From Obrimoposthia wandeli (lineage: Eukaryota): DNA of 59,213 nucleotides. Location of the stretch: positions 1-59,213 of the forward strand of contig CDROCS010004439.1 in assembly GCA_977020255.1 (NCBI GenBank). The letters run 5' to 3'. This document shows positions 49,678-59,213 of this stretch, one piece after another. The notes below the pieces were generated by a model that made no database searches, had not been told where the DNA came from, and saw only the letters and a list, made by a program, of their open reading frames with translations. The translations under genes and the position numbers were made by a program. The first letter of the stretch is position 1. Each line of letters opens with the position of its first letter.

Positions 49678-50750
49678 TGTTAATAAACGGGTGTAAGGCA
49701 AAGACCAATATCCTCAACAATATATTCACAAACAACTATCCAATTTTGTTAACAAATATTCTTTGTGGATAACAATATATTCAATTCTGATAAATAACTA
49801 TTCTTTGGATAACAATATATTCAATTCTGATAAATAAATATTCTTTGCGGATAACAATATATTCAATTCTGATAAATAACTATTCTTTGGATAACAATAT
49901 ATTCAATTCGGATAAATAACTATTCTTTGGATAACAATATATTCAATTCTGACAAATAAATATTCTTTGTGGATAACAATATATTCAATTCTGATAAATA
50001 TCTATTCTTTGGATAACAATATATTCAATTCTGATAAATCAATATTCTTTGTGGATAACAATATATTCAATTCTGACAAATCAATATTCTTTGTATAACA
50101 ATATATTCAATTCTGATAAATCAAATCAATATTCTTTATTCTTTGGATATCCAATGTAAAAATATAAATAGTTTGTGAATAAATAAATATTTGTGTTATA
50201 TCCAATTTAAATGGTTGCTATTTATAGCAAAAACTGGTAAATCCAGGTAGAGGAGATTCTGCTGGTAGCTGGCACACAACAACAGAACAGATGCCGGAAA
50301 ACATCGCTGTCTGTTCGACTTCTGGGCAGAGAAATCCTGGACAGGTGAGAAATCTGGCCAAATAAACTGCATCAACACACAAACCACAGATGCCGGAAAA
50401 CACGCTGTCTGTTCGACTTCTGGGCAGAGAAATCCTGGGACAGGTGGGAAATCTGGCCCATATAAAAACTGCATCAACACACATACACAAATAAACACAT
50501 TTTAGCTGTGAGTGAGTAGTGAGATGAGTATGTAAGTGAGTATGTGAGTGTTAATGTTGAGTGAGTTGTGAGTGTAAGGAAGTTGAGTGAGTGTGTGTGT
50601 GTGTGTTGAATTGTGCACTCATATATATGTGAGTGTTAATGTTGTGAGTGAGTTGTGAGTGTAAGGAAGTTGAGTGAGTGTGTGTGTGTGTGTTGAATTG
50701 TGCACTTGCGCACACTAACATCACATGTCGACAATATTCGTCGGCACATG
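49678..50750 (-). repeat. Probable 3' LTR rich in internal tandem repeats
   Basis: On the - strand: 2 x about 80-bp CA-rich units (50545-50707), 2 x about 100-bp units (50288-50482), CTATAAATA near 50222, AATAAA near 50135, 9 x 40-42-bp units (49757-50130), and the end TTATTAACA at 49678. The upstream boundary is uncertain. Confidence 0.55.
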
Positions 50751-50820
50751 AAAGGGGGAATCTTTCCTCTTTCCCTGACTTTATTATTGTTATCTCTGGC
50801 TTCGCGGAATCCACCGTGAA

Positions 50821-50904
50821 GTCAGAGATAATAAACGCCATCTCCTGATGAGCCCGGCAGGGCGAAAGGGGCTTTTTCCCGTCGGAGATTGATTATCTTG
50901 AGAC
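50821..50904 (+). ncRNA. Type I hammerhead ribozyme, slightly decayed
   Basis: ATCTC-CTGATGA(50845-51)-GCCC/GGCA/GGGC-GAAA-gGGG/CTTTTT/CCC-GTC-gGAGAT. A distal stem I (AGATAAT 50826-32 pairing with ATTATCT 50892-98) lies beyond an internal loop. Two deviations from consensus. Confidence 0.8.
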
Positions 50905-51270
50905 AAAATGCCAAAGTGCATATTTTTAAAATAGAACTTTTCCTAATTAAGGAAAGTTCTAATTAATTCTTTAGTTAATTAATTTTTTTTACTTTTTATT
51001 TTTTAAAAATTTTTATATTTTTATTTTTTCAAAATAAATAGTTATAATATTTTCCCAACAATCTCCGGGTCATAAAAAGTCTCTGTCCTCAGCTTTATAA
51101 TCTATATTTTAATTATTGATGAAACTATTTTGTCTTGTTACTATTGTTAACTAGTGTTGTTTGTATGTTATAACTGATCAATGTTTTATTAATCACAATC
51201 ATGTCTGGTTAAATATCGTTAAAAATTTAGGACAAGAATGAAAACAGAATAAAATAATAACAATACTACC

Positions 51271-52442
51271 TTAATCCAACAAAATCGGGGAGTTTTGTGT
51301 ACCGGACTCCGAGTTTCCGGTCTTATGTGAGAACGATGAACTGGGGTTGTTCTCGCTAGATGGTGGATTCATCACCTCGGTCAAATCAAACTCTCTATTC
51401 AACATTTCCTCCTTCATTATGAAAATTTTTCGGGTGTGATTTGCATCTTCCATGCTAGTGTGGACTCCTTTTGTGTTTCTATATTTAAGTATTTCCGCAC
51501 CATGTTGGCGAGTCCAATATTTGGATGATTGGGATTTAGTTCTGATTTTTGCTTTCAGATATTCCTAAATCAACAATGTTGAATAACATCCATTTCTGTA
51601 GGCGTAAAGCTTTTAAATCGTTTGTTAGTCCCACACCTACGATGATGTTACCATACACAATGTTTTTTACTTCCTCAATTACTTCATCAGCATCTCTACA
51701 TCCTTGTAACTTTCTATCTGACAGTCCAGTTATTCTAGTAACGTAATTTCTTACTCTATCTCTAGTTACGCACAGTGTATCTATAATTACGTTACCTATG
51801 TAATTTATAATAGAAACACTTGCTAAAACTGGCTGTTTATCTACTGATATCACCATTTCGCAATCGAGGAATAAAATTGCTGGTTTCTGTGCGTTTTTTT
51901 AATTCAAAAAGGGCTATTTGTTGAGGTTCTTCTGCTTTTCTTATTTTTTCTATAAATAATAGATTTGGTCCTCTTCCTATTTTTATGCTATATTGATTTT
52001 CTAATTGAGCTGCTTGTAAGGTGTAGGTGGATTTCCTATCATCAGAAAGTTTAATGTCTTATCTGATTTGGTTTTTAAATGGGCCACTCCTAGTGCCACG
52101 TGAATATCTATTTTTTCACAATTATTATCGGGGAATATTTCGCTGAGAGCCATATGGGTTGGTCTTTTTTCATTGGAAAAAATAAGTGCGCTTGTTCTTT
52201 TTCTTCTGTGGTACTTTTAACTTATTAGGAAGAAATGTTTGATTTGAAAACATTTTTTCTTCCTCCGTTGTTTCTAAAGTATGCAATGCTAAACTGACGC
52301 ATCTTTGATACAGGAATTTTGCTAAATACCACCTTTCTGGTATATTTTCCGTTTTTCCTCCTTTTCTATTTTTGCTGTGCTTTTTGTTTGATCTGACCGA
52401 GAGTGAGCTGGTCTGAGTCGTATCCAGGTGATTGTTATCCAT
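51271..52442 (-). pseudogene. ORF with basic N-terminal region and C-terminal DEDDh 3'-5' exonuclease (REX4/ISG20-like)
   Basis: ILFLDCEMV..LASVSIINYIG..IIDT..NYVTRITGL..IIVGVGLTNDLKAL..IGLANMVRKYL..GVHTSMEDA. All D-E-D-H-D residues are present, with frameshifts near 51545 and 51470. Confidence 0.88.
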
Positions 52443-52499
52443 TCTGCTTTAATCAATTTGTTAGTTGAATAAAATAATATAATTATTTCACAGTCTTAA

Positions 52500-53005
52500 A
52501 GTTATAAAAATATCAGTCTTATCCATGCAGTATGTGGGATTTGTCATGAAAATAAACTTATTAATAAAAGTTAGACAATTTGTACAAAGGAGGATGTATG
52601 GTTATAGTTTAACCAGAATTTTGTTCACCAATGTTCATATCCGAGTCATATCCATCATCAAGTGTTGTATTAGTTGGGATAGTAGGATTAATGGTCATAT
52701 AAAAGTTTATCATGTCGCTATAGGTCATCATTTGTCTTCTTAATGAGGCTATAGTTGATCGTTGACTTAAAGTTGTTGTATTAAATAGTCTATTCTGCCA
52801 AAACTATGTGTCAATCTCCCTTCTAGTTCGTCAATTGTTAAATCATTATTCAATTTTTTCTTCCACACTTTGTTTTATTAACTGTTTCAGTGATTCATTT
52901 TGAGTTGTGATCTTTATATAGTAGTCGTCATGCTGTCTGGAAACATCTCGAATCTTTTTCTCTAATTTTTTGCATTTTTTACAAACTTTTGCCAATCTGT
53001 TCATT
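52500..53005 (-). pseudogene. Decayed coiled-coil ORF of unknown function
   Basis: MNRLAKVCKKCKKLEKKIRDVSRQHDDYYIKITTQNESLKQLIKQSVEEKIE.. with several stops. Confidence 0.35.
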
Positions 53006-53229
53006 TTTATATCTAAAAATAACCATTATTAAATTTCAGGATGCGTTTCCTGGTGATTTTATTTTAATATTATTTCATTAAATCGTCTTTAAAAATATAC
53101 ATATATCAAATTTTTATTCTATTTCCTAACTAATTTAGATTTACTTAATAGTACTAACATTTTTTGTTACTTAAACGGTTTTATTTAAAAAGGATTTGAT
53201 TATTGTGTTATATTTCTTTTCCTATTTTC

Positions 53230-54420
53230 TATTACAGTATTTATGGATAATTCTGAAGAATTCTCATCCTTGGGAATAATATAAATAGTAAAAGGGCCTG
53301 GGGGCCCACAAAAGTGTTTTAGTTGTTTTGTTTCTATCATTTTTGTATGTTTCAAAATTAACATTCTCCATGATATTTGATTTATAAAAATATAATTATT
53401 TCGATTACTATAACTATTATTATAAGTTCTTTTTTATCTTCATTCCTTGAATGTTCTTGTTTACCATAGTGCATTTTTAAACTTTCATTAAATGATTTAT
53501 AGGATATTGTTTCTGTTGTTTTTAATTTTAATTTAATTCTTATTTTTTCCGTAATTTCAACTTGATTTGTAACTCTGTAACTTTTTGATGTAAATGTTGT
53601 GGTATGTAGCAATTGTTTTGTGGTTATTTCTTTAACATATTTCTTAATTTTTACTGCTGACCAACGACCACAAAAAATTGTAGGTTGATATAGTTTGATA
53701 TCTTATTTCCTAAAAAAATTGTTAATTTTGTTAGATTTTTATAACTTTCAAACTTTTGACTCCATTGTCTGTACATTATTGGTTTATTAGTGATTACGCA
53801 TTCTCTATTGTCTATTATTATTTTCTTTGGATATCTTATATTTTCTATGGTTAAATTTGTTTTAGTTTGTGTATTTTCTAATTGTTTTTCTGAGTCTTTC
53901 CAAAAATGAGCATTATGATCTCTATATCTAATTCTAATGATGGCTTTATCTAAATTATCTATTTTAAGTTGAAATTCCCATTTTATCATGATTTGATGTT
54001 TTTATATATATTTTGCTGTTGTTTTTAATATTGATGCTAGGTATATGTGAGTTTCTATAATTCTTTCATAGAGTGTTATATTTTTTAATTTCGACTTAAT
54101 TCTTATTTTTATATTGTGTTTCTGTTCTTAAAAATGGTATTGTATATTTTTGTGATTTTATTCCTGAAATAATTATATTTTGTTTTCTATCTGTTTGTGT
54201 GATTTGCACATTTTCCTGTTTTGTTTGTAAGAAGAGAAATTTTTAACTTTATTGATGTGATTTCAGGTATTATTGTTAATCCAAAAATTTTTATGAGATG
54301 AGTTGTTGAGTCGAATTTATTTGTTTGTTGTTGTATGATTGATTGATTTTCATTTATGTTTGTTGCGTTTACTTTCAGTAGGTAATATTTTATTATAAAA
54401 TATATTATCAATAACATCAT
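53230..54420 (-). pseudogene. Second putative type I membrane protein downstream of integrase
   Basis: N-terminal signal-like MMLLIIYFIIKYYLLKVNA and near-C-terminal LIIIVIVIEIIIFL. ORFs 54187-54420, 53651-53989 and 53382-53612 can be linked across stops and frameshifts. Confidence 0.5.
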
Positions 54421-54483
54421 TATTTTACCAATTTCTTTTATTGATATTTTATTGTATTTCTGGTTTGATGACTCAAAATAGTT

Positions 54484-55850
54484 TTATTTTGTTTTTTGTG
54501 AGTTTTTTATTGTCAACATTTGTAGAACTGTATTATAATTAGTTGATCTTAAGTTATATTTGTGACTTTTTATTTTTGTATTCTCCTCAGGTATTTCTCG
54601 ACATCTGTTTATATGTGCTCTTATTTCTTTTGATTTTGGTTCATTATCTAGTTTAGCTGTTATGTTGGTTCCGTTGGTACTAATGACTGTATATGGTCCT
54701 TTGTATGGTTTTGATAATTTGTGAGACAATCCTACATTAATTTGTGGATTGTGAATCATCACTTTACTTCCGCTTTTTATATTTGATGGCTTAGTTCTTC
54801 TATCATAATATTCTTTGTAATTTTCTTGTATGTTTTTTACAAATAGTTTAGCTTTTTCGAATGCTAGTTTTATTCTTTCTCTAATTTCTATTTTATATTC
54901 AGGTATTTCTAAATATTGTGTAGTAGGTTGTAGTAATGTTAGGTCAATAGGCATTTGAGGATCTCTGAGGAACATAAGATAAAAAGATGTTTCTCCTGTG
55001 GATGCATGTACTGATGTTCTATATGCAAAAAGGCATGGAGGTATGTGTAAATCCCAATCTGTTTGGTTGTTGTTTGTGTATGATGCCATCATATCTTCGA
55101 GGGTTCTATTAAATCTTTCTACTAACCCGTCAGTTTGAGGGTGATATGGTGTTGTATTGATCTTTTTATGTGAAAAATTTCAGCTATTGACGCTAATACA
55201 TTATTTATAAATTCAGGACCTTTGTCGGTTATAATTTTCGGGGTGCACCGAAAGTAAAAATAATTTTTCGACTAAAACCTTCGCGATGGTTTCAGCCTTA
55301 TGATCATGTGTAGGAAAAGCCTCTGGCCATCTTGTAAAATAATCAGAAAATACTATTATATATCGATTTCCTCGGGGTGTTTGTGTAATGGTCCCATTAC
55401 ATCCATGGCAACAGTTTCCATGGGGGCTGATGGATAAGGTATTGGCTTTAAAGGTATTTTGTGGTACGTAAAGTATTTTTCCGTTTAAGACATATTTCAC
55501 ATGTTTTTACACCAATTTTTTACATCTTCTTTTCATGTCAATCTAATAGTATTTTAAATTTAATCGTGAATGTGTCTTTTTTGATGATAAATGTCCTCCT
55601 AGGGCTCCATTATGATATTGAAGAAGTAATTGACACTGAATTTCTTTAGGAATAACTAGTGAATATATAGATTTTTGTCATTTAAATAATATAATATTTC
55701 ATTACTATATTTGTATCGTGATTCGTAGATTTTTAAATGTTTTCTTAATTTTTCATCTGTTGGTACTTCGTTTGTGCTAATGTATTTAGTTATTTGCTGA
55801 ATTTCATTATCTTTGCTTTGAAGTTTAGTAATTACTTTTTTCATCATATT
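54484..55850 (-). pseudogene. Gypsy integrase
   Basis: HHCC region (KNWCKTC), MDVMGP..GNRYIIVFSDYFTRWPEAF, TPYHPQTDGLVE, KLSKPYKGPY (GPY/F module), YNLRS. Confidence 0.93.
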
Positions 55851-55989
55851 TAGCTTGAATTATTGTAAAGATTTAATTCGATGTCGTTAGCAGTTATTTC
55901 GTTTATTTCTTCTCTTATTCGTGATAGACAATCTGCATTAGCGTTAAATTTTTTTTTCTATATTTTATTTCAATATCAAATTTTTGTAA

Positions 55990-57100
55990 AATCAATGCCC
56001 ATCTCATTAATCTAGATGTTGTATCCTTATGATTTAAAAGCCATTGTAATGGTCTTTGATCTGTGTAAACATAAACCTTTCGTCCTAATAAGTAATGTTT
56101 AAAAATGTTCCATTGCGAAACAAATAGCCAGCATTCTCTTTCTATCGTTGAGTAATCTTTTCATGTTTTTAAGACCTCTGCTCGCATATGCTATCACATT
56201 ATCTTTTCGTTATTTTCCTGTTGTCCTAAACTGCTCCTAACGCATAACCACTGGCGTCAGTCATAACTAAAACGAGTTATTAAAATTAGATATCTAAGTA
56301 TAGGTTTTTTCGATTAATTTTTGTTTTAAATATTCATAAGATTCTTGTTGTTCTTTTTTCCCATTCAAATTTTTCTTTATCTTTTTTAATAAGTTTATTT
56401 AATGAACTATTTGTGCGAAATTTCTAATAAATCTTCGATAATAATATCCTGCAAGCCCTAAAATTCTGTATATTTTTACTGTTTTTGGGATTGGAAAATT
56501 TTTTAATCTTTTTCTACATTACTCTCGTCTGGTTGTATTCCTTTTTGCTGGATACAGCATGTCCTAAGTAATTTCATTTTTATCTTTTTATCCATTCATT
56601 TCTTTGGTTTTAGTTTTAATCCTGCTACCTGTAATCTTAAGAATACGTTTTCTAAATCTTTAAATGTTCTTCAAAATTTTTGAAAAATAAGAATGTCGTC
56701 GATATACCATTACGTGATCTGCATCCATTAAAATATATGGCTCATACATCTCTGAAATGTTGCTGGAGCTCCGGTTAATCCAAATGAATTCATACAATCC
56801 TTCTCCTGTTGAGAAAGCTGTTTTATATTTATCTGACTCCTCACTTCTATTTGCCAGTATCCACTCTGTAAATCTAAAGTTGTAAATACTTGTGCATTTT
56901 TTAGTTTGTCTAATATTTACTCACCTCTGGCAGTGGATAAGTATCTTTGTGAGTGACTTGCTTCTAGTTTTCTGTAGTCTACGCAAAACTTCAAAGAACC
57001 ATCTTTCTTTTTTACTAAAACAACAGGTGATGTCCATGCAGAAAACTTTTCTAACAATTTCGGCTTTCTAACATTCCTTTTATTTGTCTTTGAGCTTCAT
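55990..57100 (-). pseudogene. Gypsy reverse transcriptase and RNase H
   Basis: [79 protein letters not shown]. Many frameshifts. Confidence 0.95.
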
Positions 57101-57689
57101 CTCTGTAGGCATATGGAATTCGGTAGGTTTGTTTTATTGCGGTGTTTGTTGTTAACGGAAGATTTATGTTTTATCAAATTTGTTCGACCTAAATCGTATT
57201 CATTTTAGCAAATATTACATCATATTTTCTTGTTAAAGTTTTAAGTTTTGATTTTTCATAATCATTTAATTTGATATCGTTAAAATTTATCGTAGATTTA
57301 TCTTTTATTTTTCATTATCTATTAATTCAATATTTCAATAACATCTCTATTTTCTCAAGACGTACTCCTTCCTTGAGATGAATTTTATTAATGTCTGCAT
57401 TTAGATTCTTGATTGGTATTGTGTTGTTTTTTATTTTACAAATTATATTTGGCAAAACGTAGTTCAAGGTTTCTGTTGATATTTATAAGACTCCAAATAA
57501 TACATCTTTTTTCCGCATTCGTTAGTTTCTAGTTGTAACATTGTTTCTGTTCTTGGTTGGAGAATGATATCTTCCTTTTATTTCTTAACTCGTATTCATC
57601 TTTGGCGTTAGGTCTGTAATGCTCATTTGATTTTTTTCAAAATCAAAGTGAAATTATTTCCTAATTCTCAATGTATCTATTCCGATGAT

Positions 57690-57960
57690 CATTTGGCAAA
57701 GACAATTTTTCATTATTTTTGTAGGTATTTTATGAATTTATTTCCTATTTTAAAAAGAAAGTCTAATTTTCCTATTATATTTACGGGCGACTGTTTGCTG
57801 CTGTGACTTGGACTATTTTCCTTAAGAAGAAGTAATTTTTGTTGTGTTTTAAGAAAGATTCGTCTAAAACTGTTACGTTTCTTTGATCCTGTGTCAATTA
57901 AAGCTAAGTTTATATTCGTTAATTTCTACTTTACATATGGTCATGTTTATCGTTATCTTT
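57690..57960 (-). pseudogene. Retroviral-type aspartic protease
   Basis: CKVEIN....LIDTGS (across a frameshift) ..IIGKLDF..MIIGIDTL. Confidence 0.8.
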
Positions 57961-57989
57961 TGATTTATTGTATATATTGTTGGTGCAGT

Positions 57990-59213
57990 TGATTTTTGTA
58001 TAGTTGTTTTATCTATATATTTTCTTAAATCAGGATATTTTGAAGATTCCGTTTTTTCTGTTTCTTTTGGTACTTGTAATTTTTTGTATATTTGTTTCTC
58101 GCATTTCATTTGATAATGTGTTACTATGTTTTGATGATGATTAAAAAATAAGGAATTTTGCCAAAAATGGGACACATCCTAAGACACTTCCATGTTAATC
58201 CTCCAACTTATAAATATAATATGTTGATAAAATTTGACTTAGAAGAATCTTAAAGCAAATTAATACATATATTCCAACTAATCCAGAAAAATGCTTGTCC
58301 AAAAATTAAAATTTACCCCATATTTTGACATGGTGTTTAGTGGCTTTATAAAATGATTTGGAGTAGAAAGTAATGTCGTAATCGGACGGCTAATTCCGTC
58401 AGGTAATTGATCTTTTCTATGATTTGTGTTAAAATTCTGGATCTTATTTTAGAAATAAAATTTCATTTTCTTAACTATCTATATCTTCCTGTATATAAAT
58501 TCCTTTGTGTTTAATCTGTTATCTGATTGTATATTGATGCCGTTAAGGAGAGTGGTTAATTGTAATTTTGTGGCCTCCTAAGTGACAATATCTCTTCTGG
58601 AAGTGAAAACTAAATATATTTTGAAATTTGATAATGAGGTGCCAATATGTTTGAGCAGTTTATTTCTTTTATGCTAAAAGTGTTATATGATTCTAGTGAT
58701 TGGTTCACAAATAATGAATTATTTTTCAAGAAATTGGTAATTTTTTGTACATTTTTGATGATTTCTATGTTAACTTTTCTACTTTTTACATTGATAAGTG
58801 TATAACACCTCCCATTACTCTTCCAAAAAGTACCGTCAGCTAATGGTACAATGGTGTTGGGAATACTCCTGGGTTAGTTAGTAAATAATTGCCAATTTCG
58901 TTTTTAATATTTCCTGATTTAATTTTACAATCATTCATTATGGTTTCTCTATATATTGCTTCTATTGTCATTAGTCTCAGATAAAAAATAATCTAATTTA
59001 GGTTAAAATAATCATAATTTTTAATATCAAATTTAGTTGGTGTCGTTTTTGAATTATGTATTTTTCATTACTAAATATATCCCTTTTTATAATTAGTTGT
59101 GGAACAGAGTGTCCACATCGATTTCTTTTTAATAAACGTGATTCCTGAACCTTGTTCAATAGACACAATATAGTTGGAGTTGGTTAATACGCACCGAACG
59201 GAAGCACAATGAT
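57990..59213 (-). pseudogene. env: gB/chuvirus-like env, C-terminal half, directly upstream of protease
   Basis: LLTNP..DGTFGRVMGGVIHL..EPITRII..EINCSNILAPHYQI..IWGKF..FSGLVGI..GLTWKCL. Homologous to 13020-13300. Confidence 0.72.

Larger units (their letters stand above)
49678..59213 (-). mobile_element. Large Gypsy LTR retrotransposon with env upstream of pol and extra 3' ORFs; 5' end outside the window
   Basis: Colinear minus-strand env-PR-RT-RH-INT, followed by three more minus-strand ORFs and an LTR-like repeat-rich region. Whether the 3' ORFs belong to the element is inferred. Confidence 0.7.

Noticed and set aside
49757-50130. Regular 40-42-bp array resembling CRISPR
   Set aside because: The units are contiguous near-identical repeats with no unique spacers, there are no cas genes, and the context is eukaryotic.
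50196-50841. Three ORFs with repeated peptides
   Set aside because: They are translations of LTR tandem repeats and CA microsatellite.
52025-52050. CTGATGA followed by a TAGG/CCTA stem on the - strand (also CTGATGA at 37932-37938 on - and at about 114 and 32878 on +)
   Set aside because: There is no GAAA or stem III/stem I, so these are not hammerheads; the plus-strand cases are coding sequence.

Overview
This is very AT-rich eukaryotic (animal-type) DNA with micro-introns of about 30-110 nt, made up almost entirely of nested, decayed mobile elements. All assignments come from motif recognition by eye; no database searches were run. (1) A left-truncated Maverick/Polinton (adintovirus-like) provirus spans about 16735-33949. 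It encodes penton, a core/pX-like protein, hexon, adenain protease, protein-primed PolB, a DEDD-like protein and an SSB-like protein, and ends in an AGTAGG terminal inverted repeat. It is interrupted by a Buster-type hAT element and a full-length CsRn1/Boudicca-type Gypsy element. (2) Another Maverick right end lies at 1-593. A 4.7 kb Maverick derivative at 43983-48644 carries an intron-containing TBP-like gene and two tandem paralogous SSB-like genes. (3) A large minus-strand Gypsy element runs from about 49678 to beyond 59213 with unusual gene order: gB/chuvirus-like env, PR, RT, RH, INT, a second membrane-protein ORF, a coiled-coil ORF, a REX4/ISG20-like DEDDh exonuclease, an antisense hammerhead ribozyme, then the LTR. 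(4) The rest is hAT, pogo, Tc1 and LTR fragments, one hAT MITE and a few probable host exons, including a 611-aa ORF with YDGP-containing tandem repeats. The best candidates for new biology are (3) and the TBP/SSB module of (2).
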